Source of the DNA: an uncultured delta proteobacterium
GTDB taxonomy: Bacteria > Desulfobacterota > Desulfobulbia > Desulfobulbales > Desulfocapsaceae
Direction: 5' to 3'
DNA: 64,000 bases
Assembly (NCBI GenBank): GCA_963796255.1
Contig: CAWCLE010000010.1
Location: 125,765-189,764, forward strand
Of this stretch, positions 37,262-47,121 are shown piece after piece (position 1 is the stretch's first letter; each line of letters opens with the position of its first letter). The notes under the pieces are model-generated. The model was given only the letters and a program-made list of their open reading frames with translations, did not search any database and was not told where the DNA came from. A program made the position numbers and the translations under genes.

Positions 37262-38518
37262 ATGCAAAAATATACCGGCTGGATCATATTGGCGACGCTT
37301 GTCCTGTACCTCGTGAGTGCGGCGGCTCCGGTGGTGCTGCCCGTCCCTGCGCTTCTGGCGTGGCTGGTCTGCCTGCTTACCTCGCGCGGCCTCGCCCGAA
37401 ATGCGGCTCGACAGGCGCTGGTGCTGCTCTTAAGCGGTCTTGCGGCGCTGCTGTTTGCCGGCATTCAGGGCGTCTATCTTGGCTGGAAAGAGATTCTTGC
37501 CGTCAACCTGCCCCTGCTCGCCATGTTCGTTGCCGTCGCTTTTCTTACACTGACCAATCGAGGCCTTGAAGACCCGGATCTGCCCCACGGCAACAAGGCA
37601 GTGATCATAACCGCGCTTGGCACCCATTTGCTCGGCGCCGTGATCAACCTGTCGGTGCTGTTTGTCTTTGGCGACCGACTGCAGAGAAATGGCACCTTGA
37701 GCAGGGAGCAGATGATTATTCTGGCCCGGTCTTTTTGCGCCGCGGCGTGGTGGTCACCATTTTTCATCGCCACTGGAGTTGCCCTCACCTATGCTCCAGG
37801 CATGTACTGGCGCGAGACCCTGATTCCCGGAGCTTGCATGAGCGCTGTCGCCATAACCTATTCTGTCGTTGAAGTGTGCTGCATACGGAAAAAAGAATTC
37901 TCCGGCTATCCCCTCAAGCTGGAAAGCCTGACGATTCCTTTTTTTTTAGCTGCAGCGGTGATTTTGACGCATCATTTTCGACAAGATATCAAGGTGCTGG
38001 ATCTGATCTGTATAGTTTCACCACTAGGCGGGCTTCTCTTCATGAAAGGCAGGCCAAGGCTTGCGACGCTGGATGATTTTGTCGTCAATCGGATATCCTC
38101 TGTCAGCAGTCAGTTTACTCTGTTTCTCGCAGCCGGAGTATTTTCGAGTGGCATAAAATCAATTATTCTCGTCTATCCCAGTGTATTCAACCTTGCCGCT
38201 TCAACCTTTACGCCGTTATTATTTGCTGCTTTGCTGGCGGTGATGATTATCGTCGGCATTATGGGCGTGCACCCCATCGTCAGCATAGCAATAGCCAGTC
38301 CTCTGCTGCTGCCGCTGCATCCGGATCAGTCACAACTGGGCTTTCTGTTTCTATCCAGCTGGGCCATCTCCACCGGCAGCAGCCCCTTATCGGGAGTCGG
38401 CTTGGCGCTGATGAGCCGATATCACGCGTCACCGCGAATCATACTGCACAGCAACTGGCATTATGCACTTGTAATGTGGGCAGGCGCCTCGCTAATGAAT
38501 ATGGTATTTTTTGCCTGA
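37262..38518 (+). CDS. Polytopic membrane protein of unknown function, transporter-like
   Basis: 418 aa and hydrophobic throughout, with roughly 11-12 TM helices. I recognised no family motif, and no Shine-Dalgarno sequence is visible. Confidence 0.55.
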   Translation: MQKYTGWIILATLVLYLVSAAAPVVLPVPALLAWLVCLLTSRGLARNAARQALVLLLSGLAALLFAGIQGVYLGWKEILAVNLPLLAMFVAVAFLTLTNRGLEDPDLPHGNKAVIITALGTHLLGAVINLSVLFVFGDRLQRNGTLSREQMIILARSFCAAAWWSPFFIATGVALTYAPGMYWRETLIPGACMSAVAITYSVVEVCCIRKKEFSGYPLKLESLTIPFFLAAAVILTHHFRQDIKVLDLICIVSPLGGLLFMKGRPRLATLDDFVVNRISSVSSQFTLFLAAGVFSSGIKSIILVYPSVFNLAASTFTPLLFAALLAVMIIVGIMGVHPIVSIAIASPLLLPLHPDQSQLGFLFLSSWAISTGSSPLSGVGLALMSRYHASPRIILHSNWHYALVMWAGASLMNMVFFA

Positions 38519-38560
38519 CGGGGAGGAGGTATTGATGATCAGAAAAGCCGGAACAAGCTA

Positions 38561-39202
38561 TCAGGGGGCCAAACGTTCGATGACCCATTCTTTTGACTGG
38601 GTCTGCCTGGTATAGAGGAAGCGGTCGTGCAGACGGTTTTGTCTGCCCTGCCAGAACTCGATCTCCAGCGGTTCAACCCGGTAGCCACCCCAGAATGATG
38701 GCAGCGGCACTTTGCCTGCGCCGATTTTTCTCTTCATCTCGTCAAATTTTTGCAGCAGCATCTGCCTTGACGATAAAACATGGCTCTGACTCGAGACCCA
38801 GGCGGCCATCTGACTTTCTTTCGGCCTGGTCATAAAATACCTGGCCGATTCAGCAGCCGATACCTTGACGGCAGTGCCGTTAATCATCACCTGGCGTTCC
38901 AGATCTAACCAGACAAAGAGCAGACTGACTCTGGCATTATCCTTTATCTCCTGGGCTTTTCTACTCTCGTAATTGGTAAAAAAGACAAATCCCTTCTCGT
39001 CATAGTATTTCAACAATACGGTTCTCTGGTGCGGCTGGCCACCATTACCGACGGTAGCCAGAACCATAGCCGTTGGATCCGCTATTTCAATTTTTTGCGC
39101 CTGTTCAAACCACTCGGTAAACTGCAAGACCGGGTCACTTTTGAGGTTGGAACGAGAGAGGCCTCCTTTTAGATATTCCCGGCGAAACTGACTTAGATCC
39201 AC
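38561..39202 (-). CDS. pdxH: Pyridoxamine 5'-phosphate oxidase
   Basis: 213 aa. The full-length PdxH pattern is present: FRREYLKGGL, DPTAMVLATV, RTVLLKYYDEKGFVFFTNYESRKA, WVSSQS, PSFWGGYRV, EFWQGRQNRLHDRF. Confidence 0.9.
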   Translation of the reverse strand: MDLSQFRREYLKGGLSRSNLKSDPVLQFTEWFEQAQKIEIADPTAMVLATVGNGGQPHQRTVLLKYYDEKGFVFFTNYESRKAQEIKDNARVSLLFVWLDLERQVMINGTAVKVSAAESARYFMTRPKESQMAAWVSSQSHVLSSRQMLLQKFDEMKRKIGAGKVPLPSFWGGYRVEPLEIEFWQGRQNRLHDRFLYTRQTQSKEWVIERLAP

Positions 39203-39283
39203 GAACTCCCACTCCTATAAAAACGTGATTTTCAAAATTGCGCCGTAAAGGCACACCTCTGTGTGCCCTTCTGAAATTTACAG

Positions 39284-39312
39284 AAAAAAAAGGGCACACT
39301 AAGGTGTGCCCC
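39284..39312 (-). terminator. Rho-independent terminator of the Tim44-like gene
   Basis: The minus strand reads GGGGCACACCTTAGTGTGCCC followed by TTTTTTTT. Confidence 0.7.
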
Positions 39313-39347
39313 TACGGCGGTTGTAAGGAAGAGGTTTTACGAGGCCA

Positions 39348-40265
39348 TTAAACTTCCTTGATACCCTCCAGTTTCCAATCATCCGTGCCAACCGGTCTAG
39401 CCCATGTCCATTCTTCATCGAACTTGACCGGCTCAGTCATACTCCCCTCAATTAACTCACCGCTTTTATCGTCAACGGTGTAGTCAAGCAGGTTGGCCGA
39501 AAAATGGACAGTGACAAAATCTTCCCCACCATCACTTCCTGCCTGGACAATCTCCAGATTGCGAATAGCTATGGATTCGAGTTTATTGATATGCCCTTTA
39601 CTTAGCATTTCCGTGAAGTGCCCGGCATATTCTTCCGCCAGCTGCCCGCCCAACAAATGTCTATAGGATTCGAGATCCCGGCGCATCCATCCGGCCTGAA
39701 CCTTAAAGAATACGTCGGAGGCCACCTCAATGAAATATTTGGGGTCAAAATTTCGGTCATGCTCTCGAATCTGGTCAAATCCCTCGCCCAACAGATTGCC
39801 GCCAATATCCGGCGTGGCAGGAGGAGGCTGAGCGCTATTGCCGAATGCCCCGCTGAACATATTCGACGGACTCTGCTGCCCCGGATTTTGCTGATACGTC
39901 TGATAGCCATTTTGCCGTGGTCTGGTCGAAAATCTTTTATACAGAAAATAAGCTAGCCCGCCCAGAATCAGCAGCGGCAGTATGCCCATGCCTGAGCCAC
40001 CAGCGCCGAACATGGACCCAAAAAGCATGCCGCCCAGTGCGCCACCAAGGAGCCCCCCGGCCAAACCACGCCCAAATCCCCCACCACTATTGGTTGATTT
40101 GGTCGGCTGCATACTCTTGCTTGGTGCCTTGGGAGCCATCTTAAAGGACCTGCCGCCGCGAAATGACCGGGCATCAGCGTAATCCACCGTCAATCCAGCT
40201 TCAAGCAAGGTAAAAGCCATAAACAACATGACGATCGGGGCTAATGTTTTCAAAAGTTTCATCAT
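39348..40265 (-). CDS. Tim44-like domain protein (signal/TM, Gly-rich linker, C-terminal Tim44-like fold)
   Basis: 305 aa. The C-terminal region FDPKYFIEVASDVFFKVQAGWMRRDLESYRHLL...FVTVHFSANLLDYTVD...WTWARP is typical of bacterial Tim44-like proteins. Confidence 0.7.
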   Translation of the reverse strand: MMKLLKTLAPIVMLFMAFTLLEAGLTVDYADARSFRGGRSFKMAPKAPSKSMQPTKSTNSGGGFGRGLAGGLLGGALGGMLFGSMFGAGGSGMGILPLLILGGLAYFLYKRFSTRPRQNGYQTYQQNPGQQSPSNMFSGAFGNSAQPPPATPDIGGNLLGEGFDQIREHDRNFDPKYFIEVASDVFFKVQAGWMRRDLESYRHLLGGQLAEEYAGHFTEMLSKGHINKLESIAIRNLEIVQAGSDGGEDFVTVHFSANLLDYTVDDKSGELIEGSMTEPVKFDEEWTWARPVGTDDWKLEGIKEV

Positions 40266-40293
40266 AATTCACATCCAGTTGATTTTTTATTGA

Positions 40294-40460
40294 TGGTGTC
40301 GTAAAAATTCTTCATCCGAAGTCTGCGCTTATCTGCTTCGTTGTAGCGAATTTCAATATTATTACGACGTACTCTAGTACGCCGAAATAATAGTGAAATT
40401 CACACGCCTCGAACAGGAAGCTTTTTACTTAACCATCGCAAAACTTAGTTTTTACGAAGT
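40294..40460 (+). repeat. Palindromic intergenic element (repeat copy B plus a long hairpin), MITE-like or a structured RNA
   Basis: 40294-40351 matches 37201-37258. 40348-40372 pairs with 40377-40401 at 22 of 25 positions around a TCTA loop. The outer TCGTAAAAA (40299-40307) is complementary to TTTTTACGA (40449-40457). Confidence 0.6.
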
Positions 40461-40558
40461 TGTCTTTATTAACAATTATTTATAAGCTGACTTTCCATTA
40501 TAGTACACCTTGAAGAAGAAGCTAGAAAAAGTGAAAATTATTAATAGAGGTATTTGCC

Positions 40559-42064
40559 ATGCTGCTTGTCCACCCACCACTGACCAAGCCCTGCGAACCG
40601 CCGGCAGCACTGGCCTACCTCTCTGCTGCCCTTACCGCCCATGGCCACTTGTGTACGATCTGCGATATGAATATCGAAGGTCTGCATTTCCTCTTCAAGA
40701 CGGCTCAGCCGGCTGAAGACACGTGGTCGAAACGAGCGTATAAACATCTGCAAAAGAATATTTCGGCACTTAAGAGCAGAAAAACCTATAACAATGCCGA
40801 TAAATATCGCCGGGCAGTAGCGGATACCAACCGCATCCTGGAAATGGCAGGAAAAGGATTTGGCGTCCAGCTGTCGCTGGCCAACTATCAAGATGAAAGT
40901 AAATCTCCTTTACAAAGCGATGATCTGCGTCTGGCCGCCGAGACATATGCAACCAATATTTTTTTCCCTTACTTCAGTAAAAGGCTCGATGAGCTGCAGG
41001 CAACCGACAATTCCGGCTACATTGGTTTTTCTCTGAATTATCTCAGCCAGGCATTGTGCACCTTCGCCATGATCGGATATCTGAAAGCACAATATCCGAG
41101 AATGAAAATCATTGTCGGTGGTGGTCTAATCACCACCTGGTTGAGCCAGCTCAAAGGGCACAATCCTTTTGTTGGGCTGATAGATCATCTTATCGGCGGT
41201 CGCGGGGAACAGCCTTTGCTGCAGTTACTGGGAACCCCACAAAAATTGACACATGTGCAGCCCGATTTCACTCTTTTGAAGAGCAACAGCTATCTTGCTC
41301 CGGGGTTCATCCTTCCCTACGCCAGCTCCTTTGGCTGTTTCTGGAAAAAATGCAGCTTCTGCCCGGAAACCAGTGAGGACAACCCTTATCAGCATGTCGC
41401 AGCGGGCACCACCATAGCCGATCTGCACGCCTTGACCGCCGAAACCTCTCCTGCCCTGCTGCATCTGCTCGATAATGCAATCAGTCCGTCAACCCTGCAT
41501 GCCGTGGTCGATAATCCCCCTCCGGTACCGTGGTATGGCTTTGCCCGCATCGAAAAACTTTTGGCTGACCGAAATTTTTGTCGCCGCCTGCATAATTCCG
41601 GCTGCAGGATGCTCAAACTCGGTCTTGAATCAGGCGATCAGGAAGTGTTAAACAAGATGCATAAAGGAATCGATCTGCAGCTTGCCGCACAGATACTAAA
41701 AAACCTGCATGACGCAGGTATTGCTACCTATGTCTATCTGCTGTTTGGTACCCCGGCCGAGAGTCATCAGCAGGCTCTGCGCACGCAGTCATTTGTGGAA
41801 GAACATCACCAGACGATCGATTTTCTTAACCTGGCGATCTTTAATCTGCCTGCCGGTAGTCAGGAAATTGCAAGTCTGGAAATCGCTGATTTTTATGAGG
41901 GAGATCTGTCAATGTATCGCAGTTTCAACCATCCGAAGGGCTGGAACCGGGGTGAGGTGCGGCGTTTTCTGGACAGTTCGTTCAAACGATCCCCTGACAT
42001 AGCTGCTATCCTGCGCCGCGACCCCCCTTTTTTTACTTCAAACCATGCGCCGTTTTTCTCTTAG
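40559..42064 (+). CDS. Radical SAM protein with a B12-binding-like N-terminal domain and a CX4CX2C cluster motif
   Basis: 501 aa. The N-terminus MLLVHPPLTKPCEPPAALAYLSAAL resembles class B radical SAM enzymes. The cluster motif is FGCFWKKCSFCPE. The core motif is LKLGLESGDQEVLNKMHKG. Confidence 0.7.
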   Translation: MLLVHPPLTKPCEPPAALAYLSAALTAHGHLCTICDMNIEGLHFLFKTAQPAEDTWSKRAYKHLQKNISALKSRKTYNNADKYRRAVADTNRILEMAGKGFGVQLSLANYQDESKSPLQSDDLRLAAETYATNIFFPYFSKRLDELQATDNSGYIGFSLNYLSQALCTFAMIGYLKAQYPRMKIIVGGGLITTWLSQLKGHNPFVGLIDHLIGGRGEQPLLQLLGTPQKLTHVQPDFTLLKSNSYLAPGFILPYASSFGCFWKKCSFCPETSEDNPYQHVAAGTTIADLHALTAETSPALLHLLDNAISPSTLHAVVDNPPPVPWYGFARIEKLLADRNFCRRLHNSGCRMLKLGLESGDQEVLNKMHKGIDLQLAAQILKNLHDAGIATYVYLLFGTPAESHQQALRTQSFVEEHHQTIDFLNLAIFNLPAGSQEIASLEIADFYEGDLSMYRSFNHPKGWNRGEVRRFLDSSFKRSPDIAAILRRDPPFFTSNHAPFFS

Positions 42065-42078
42065 TTGCATTGAGCAAC
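42064..42078. promoter_or_regulatory. Dyad GTTGCATTGAGCAAC, the same motif class as the three dyads at 58170-58461
   Basis: The arms GTTGC/GCAAC are perfect with a 5-nt spacer. The dyad lies 113 bp upstream of the REC-Lon ATG. Confidence 0.4.
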
Positions 42079-42190
42079 CCGTGCGTATCCCTATTTTCCT
42101 CACAACTTAAAGGGTACTTTTTCTGGGCAATGTGGTAGAGAGAAAAGAAAACAACAACGGTTTACCCCAACAGACGAGGACACCCCAACT

Positions 42191-44242
42191 ATGTTATTTA
42201 GGAAAAAAACCAGCCCCGACGCTCCCCCTCCCGAGCAGGCAGAAAAAGAAGAGACACCTCTTGACAAGCTGCGTCAAAAGATCGATGCGGCCAATCTCCC
42301 CCAGCATGCCCTTGATGCCGCCAATAAAGAACTGGATAAACTGACCACCACCGATGCGGCGGTCGCCGAATATTCCGTCGGTCTCAATTACATCGAACTG
42401 ATCAGTTCACTGCCCTGGAATATTTCTACCAAGGGAACCCTCGATATGGCCCGGGTCCAGTCCATTCTTGATGGTCGCCACTGCGGGCTAGGCCAGGTAA
42501 AACAGCGCATTCTTGAATTTCTGGCAGCAAAAACCCTGCGCGGCAGTGCCAGACAGAACATCCTTATCGTCGATGATGAAGATATTGCCAGGACGAATAT
42601 GGCCCACGTCCTGAGCAAAGACGGCTATGGCTGCAAAACCGCCGAAAATGGGATAGTTGCGTTGAAGGTACTGGCGGAAGAGGATATTGATCTGATCATC
42701 AGCGATCTGAAAATGGACCATATGGATGGTCTGGAACTGCTGCATGAGGTCAATCACAGCTATCCGGAAATTCCGGTCATCGTGGTGACCGGCTTTGCCA
42801 CGATCAATTCGGCGGTGCAAGCGATGAAAAGCGGTGCCGCGCATTATCTCGGCAAACCTGTCAATCTGGATGAATTGCGCAAAACCGTTCGCGAGGTTCT
42901 AGACCAGAAACTTACCAGTGAAATGGGTAAAGGCCCGATTCTCTGCTTCACCGGCCCTCCGGGTACCGGCAAGACCTCGGTGGGCAGGGCAATCGCCGAG
43001 GCCCTACAGCTCCAGTTTATCAGGGTATCCCTGGCGGGGCTGCGCGATGAGGCGGAACTCCGCGGTCACCGACGGACCTATGTAGGTGCCATGCCCGGAC
43101 GGGTGATCATGGAACTCAAAAGAGCGGCGGTGAACAACCCGGTCTTTATGCTCGATGAGATCGATAAGATCGGCCAGGATTTTCGCGGCGACCCGGCGTC
43201 GGTCATGCTTGAAGTCCTCGATCCCGAGCAGAACGTTAAATTTATGGATTCCTATCTGGATATTCCTTTTAACCTGTCGCGGATCATGTTTATCGCCACC
43301 GCCAATGATGTATCGCTGTTACCCGGACCGCTACTTGACAGGATGGAACTCATTGAGTTTACTGGCTATACCGAAAAGGAAAAATGTCAAATTGCCCGGG
43401 ATTTCATTCTCCCCCGACAGCTCAAAGCGGCCGGCTTGAACACCCTCGGCATTGTGTTTTCCGACGCAGCCCTGTCACGGATTATTGGTGATTACACCAG
43501 AGAATCGGGCTTGCGCAACCTGGAAAGAGAAATTGCCAATGTCTGCCGGAAACTGGCGCTTATCTATCTCGACTCGAAAAAAACCGTGCTCGACACCAAA
43601 GTTGAAGCGAGCACCATTACCACGCTTCTTGGTCCGCGAAGGTTTATCAGAAATATTGCCCAAAGCGAACCAAAGGTGGGGATAACCACCGGCCTGGTCT
43701 GGTCGACCATCGGCGGCGAGATCATCAGCGTTGAAACAGCGTCCATGGAAGGCTCCGGTAACCTGTTACTTACCGGTTCTTTGGGCGAGGTATTGCAGGA
43801 ATCGGCTCAAGCGGCTTTAAGTCTTATCAGGAGCAGATCGGCTGAGTTCGGCATAAAAGAATATTTTTTTAAGGACATGGATATTCACATCCATTTTCCG
43901 GCCGGTGGCATTGCCAAAGACGGTCCTTCCGCTGGAATCACCATCTTTGCCGCGCTGCTTTCCCTGCTGACCAACCGACCCGCACGAAGAGATATCGCCA
44001 TGACCGGAGAAATGACGCTGAGCGGACGAATCCTGCCTATCGGTGGTATCAGGGAAAAACTGCTGGCGGCGCAGCGGGCAGGTATAAAGACGGTTCTTTT
44101 ACCCCTGGCCAATAAAGAAGAGGTGGAGATACTGCCACCCGATGTGCTGGAAAATCTCGAGATAGTGCTGGTGGAAAATGCCGACGAGGTGATTCCCCGG
44201 GTATTGCTCGGAGCAGAGCAGGCGGCAAGAAAAAAAGAATGA
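42191..44242 (+). CDS. LonA-type protease lacking the N-terminal substrate domain, with a REC receiver inserted before the AAA+ module
   Basis: 683 aa. A Lon helical segment ([12 protein letters not shown]...[18 protein letters not shown]) is followed by a REC domain ([10 protein letters not shown]...[14 protein letters not shown]...VIVVTG...GKPV). Next come [30 protein letters not shown] and DEIDK. The protease catalytic Ser (KDGPSAG) and Lys ([10 protein letters not shown]) motifs are present. Confidence 0.85.
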   Translation: MLFRKKTSPDAPPPEQAEKEETPLDKLRQKIDAANLPQHALDAANKELDKLTTTDAAVAEYSVGLNYIELISSLPWNISTKGTLDMARVQSILDGRHCGLGQVKQRILEFLAAKTLRGSARQNILIVDDEDIARTNMAHVLSKDGYGCKTAENGIVALKVLAEEDIDLIISDLKMDHMDGLELLHEVNHSYPEIPVIVVTGFATINSAVQAMKSGAAHYLGKPVNLDELRKTVREVLDQKLTSEMGKGPILCFTGPPGTGKTSVGRAIAEALQLQFIRVSLAGLRDEAELRGHRRTYVGAMPGRVIMELKRAAVNNPVFMLDEIDKIGQDFRGDPASVMLEVLDPEQNVKFMDSYLDIPFNLSRIMFIATANDVSLLPGPLLDRMELIEFTGYTEKEKCQIARDFILPRQLKAAGLNTLGIVFSDAALSRIIGDYTRESGLRNLEREIANVCRKLALIYLDSKKTVLDTKVEASTITTLLGPRRFIRNIAQSEPKVGITTGLVWSTIGGEIISVETASMEGSGNLLLTGSLGEVLQESAQAALSLIRSRSAEFGIKEYFFKDMDIHIHFPAGGIAKDGPSAGITIFAALLSLLTNRPARRDIAMTGEMTLSGRILPIGGIREKLLAAQRAGIKTVLLPLANKEEVEILPPDVLENLEIVLVENADEVIPRVLLGAEQAARKKE

Positions 44243-44243
44243 T

Positions 44244-45605
44244 TTACGACTCCGGATCGTCCAGACCATAGCGCTTAATCTTGCGCCATAAAGAAACGCG
44301 GTCGATATTCAATATTTTGGCCGCTTGGGATTTATTGCCTTCGGTCTCATCGAGGACCTCGAGGATATAGTTTTTCTCGTGTTCTTCAAGCGACGGCCAG
44401 GATTGCTGTGCTACCCGGGAAGGGGACACGGAACTGCTGTGCAGATCCTCAACAAGATGGGATGCTTCAATAAGCTCGCCGTCACACTGGAGCAGCAGCC
44501 GCTGGGCAATATTCTCCAGTTCCCGGACATTGCCCGGATATTCGTATTGCTTCAGGTGCTGCACCACTTCCGGGGACAACCGCGGAATAGTTGCCGAAGG
44601 CGGGGAATGTTTGGCCAAAAAATGGTTGACCAGGATGGGGATATCCTCTTTTCGCTCGGTGAGCGAGGGCACCTTTATGGTTAACACATCAAGCCGGTAA
44701 AAAAGATCCAGCCGAAAGGCGCCGCTTTCAGCCTCCTTTTTCAAGTCCTTATTGGTGGCGGCGAGTATACGGATATCAATGGGAATTTCTTCGGTACCGC
44801 CGACCCGCATCAGGGTACGTTCCTGGAGAACTCTGAGCAGTTTCACCTGCATCGACAGGGAAAGCTCCCCGACCTCGTCAAAAAATACCGTGCCACCTTC
44901 AGCCAGCTCGAGCAGCCCTTTTTTTATTTGTGAGGCACCGGTAAACGCCCCTTTTTCATGGCCGAAAAGCTCGCTGGAAATCAGCTCTTCGGTAAAAGCA
45001 CCGCAGTTAAAAGCGACAAAGCGGTGGTTTGATCGGGGGCTGAGCTCATGGATTGTCCGGGCCACCAATTCTTTACCGGTCCCCGTTTCCCCCTGAATCA
45101 ATACGTTGCAGTCCAGCTGGGCGACCTGCATGATGCTCTCGCGCAGCAGTTGAATCTTCAGACTCTTACCGAGGATTTTGGTTGCGCCGGTGGTCGAGGA
45201 GACCTGTCTTCTCAGTTCAATAACTTCTTTGCTGAGCGTCCTTTTTTCCAGGGCTTTTTCAACCAGCGCCAGCATCTCTTCTTTTTTGACCGGCTTGGCC
45301 AGATAATGATAGGCTCCTTTTTGGATTGCCTCGACCGCGGTGTCGACACTGGCATACCCGGTAATGACAATCACTTCAGTTTGCGGCCATAATTCTTTGC
45401 AGACGCCCAGCACCGCCATGCCGTCCTGACCCTTCATGCGCAGATCAGTCAAGACCAGATCGACTTCCCGGTTCTCCAGCAGGACAATCGCCTCCTGCCC
45501 ATTGGCGGCGGTAAAAACTTCGTAGCCTCCTTTTTTCAGGATATACTCGACATTGTCGCGGGCAATCGCCTCGTCATCGACGACCAGAATGCGTTTTCCG
45601 CTCAT
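44244..45605 (-). CDS. NtrC-family sigma-54-dependent response regulator, cassette B
   Basis: REC domain ([10 protein letters not shown]...[14 protein letters not shown]), Walker A GETGTGKE, the GAFTGA loop and an HTH ([22 protein letters not shown]). Confidence 0.9.
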   Translation of the reverse strand: MSGKRILVVDDEAIARDNVEYILKKGGYEVFTAANGQEAIVLLENREVDLVLTDLRMKGQDGMAVLGVCKELWPQTEVIVITGYASVDTAVEAIQKGAYHYLAKPVKKEEMLALVEKALEKRTLSKEVIELRRQVSSTTGATKILGKSLKIQLLRESIMQVAQLDCNVLIQGETGTGKELVARTIHELSPRSNHRFVAFNCGAFTEELISSELFGHEKGAFTGASQIKKGLLELAEGGTVFFDEVGELSLSMQVKLLRVLQERTLMRVGGTEEIPIDIRILAATNKDLKKEAESGAFRLDLFYRLDVLTIKVPSLTERKEDIPILVNHFLAKHSPPSATIPRLSPEVVQHLKQYEYPGNVRELENIAQRLLLQCDGELIEASHLVEDLHSSSVSPSRVAQQSWPSLEEHEKNYILEVLDETEGNKSQAAKILNIDRVSLWRKIKRYGLDDPES

Positions 45606-45654
45606 GACAGCCCTCCATTGTCATGAGGCCACCCAGATGAGGAGAAATTGCCCA

Positions 45655-47121
45655 TCAGCCAACTCCTATCCACGGCGTTTCTCCCTTTTCCTGGTCCGGC
45701 TCTATCGGCAGATGAATAAAAAAGGATGCCCCCTTACCGGCCACACTTGTAACCACTATCCTGCCATTATGCTTCTGGATAATGCCATAGGCGATAGACA
45801 GGCCCAGCCCGGTGCCCTGCCCTTCTTCCTTGGTCGTGTAAAAGGGATCAAAAAGCCGATCTTTAATCTCATCAGCAATCCCAACGCCGGTGTCGGTAAT
45901 TTCAATTATTGCCGCATTGTGCTCCTTATTAAGCGAAGCTGAAAGCGAGATCTTACCTTCACCGACGATAGCCTGGGACGCGTTGATGATCATAATAATC
46001 AACACTTCCTGTATCTTCTGCACATCCATTGGGACAAACAGATTGTTTGGTATATCGACAGTTATATGTATTGCCGAAGAGACATGACTCTTCACCAGTT
46101 TTACCGATCGGTTCACCACATCCTGCAGGTTGGCCGGATGCAGCTCGAACTCCTTGACCCGGGAAAATTCCAGCAGCCCCTGAACAACATCTCTGGCCCG
46201 ATAGGTTTCCTGCTCGATGTTCTGCAACATCTTTTTGATAAACGCCGGATCGCCGGTATCAAAATCATCGACGGCTATCTGACACGAGGTCGAGATATTA
46301 TTTAGCGGATTATTTAACTGATGGGCAATGCCGGCGGTAAGGGTACCGATTGATGAGAGTTTTTGCGACTGCACCAGTTGGTCCTGGCGACGCTCCAGTT
46401 CCCTCACCATGGTATTGAAAGCCTCCATTACCTGCTGCATTTCATCCCTGGTATCCAGGACCTCAACTTTGCTGAAACGACCAAGGGCGATATCCTCGGT
46501 TGCCTCTTTAATGATGCGCAGCGGCTTAAAGATACGAAAAGACATGATGAGTGGAATAAAAATGCCCACCGCAATCGCCACCATAGACCAGACAACAAGA
46601 CGGGATACCAGCTCATCGAGAATAATGCGGATCTGGTTATGTTCAAAACTGACCAGCTCCTTGCTGAGCTCGGTCATTTCCTGTCCCTGGTAGCGAATTT
46701 GATCTGCCGGTTCGCCGTGCACTGCATCCCGGTTGACCAACCATTTTTCCGACAGGCCGGCCATGCCTTCCTGGTAGGCAACAGTCAGGTTTTTGAGTTT
46801 TATGAGCAAGGGTTGGACTTTAAATTTGGCGGTCCGCTCGGAAATGATCGCCATTGTCTGCAGGGCCAGGGTCAATTGCCTGCTGTTTTCTTCCAGAGCT
46901 TCTTTCGTTCCGTAGAGGAAAAAATTCTTCTCATAGCGGCGGACTTCAAGAGTAATACTGTTGAGGGTATAGGCGAGTTCCAGGGTTTCCAATTTTTCTT
47001 TAGCCGTATTCAGGTCTTCCTGAGAAACAATGAACATGGCTAGAATACCGAAGATATAACATCCCAGGATGAAGAGGATCTTATAACTTAAACTCATCGA
47101 TGGTATTGTAAACTTGCTCAT
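45655..47121 (-). CDS. Sensor histidine kinase, cassette B (paralogue of 20897-22420)
   Basis: H-box AGIAHQLNNPLNNI and G boxes DTGVGIA and GTGLGLS. The sensor motif EVRRYEKNFFLY corresponds to EVRRFEKNYLIY in the cassette A kinase. Confidence 0.85.
   Translation of the reverse strand: MSKFTIPSMSLSYKILFILGCYIFGILAMFIVSQEDLNTAKEKLETLELAYTLNSITLEVRRYEKNFFLYGTKEALEENSRQLTLALQTMAIISERTAKFKVQPLLIKLKNLTVAYQEGMAGLSEKWLVNRDAVHGEPADQIRYQGQEMTELSKELVSFEHNQIRIILDELVSRLVVWSMVAIAVGIFIPLIMSFRIFKPLRIIKEATEDIALGRFSKVEVLDTRDEMQQVMEAFNTMVRELERRQDQLVQSQKLSSIGTLTAGIAHQLNNPLNNISTSCQIAVDDFDTGDPAFIKKMLQNIEQETYRARDVVQGLLEFSRVKEFELHPANLQDVVNRSVKLVKSHVSSAIHITVDIPNNLFVPMDVQKIQEVLIIMIINASQAIVGEGKISLSASLNKEHNAAIIEITDTGVGIADEIKDRLFDPFYTTKEEGQGTGLGLSIAYGIIQKHNGRIVVTSVAGKGASFFIHLPIEPDQEKGETPWIGVG

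Noticed and set aside
39249-39270. A second hairpin, GGCACACctctGTGTGCC, resembling the terminator stem at 39291-39312. It is nested within the outer complementary CGCCGTA / TACGGCG.
   Set aside because: It has no adjacent T- or A-tract, so it is not called a terminator. It may simply be a diverged duplicate of the terminator stem in the pdxH promoter region.
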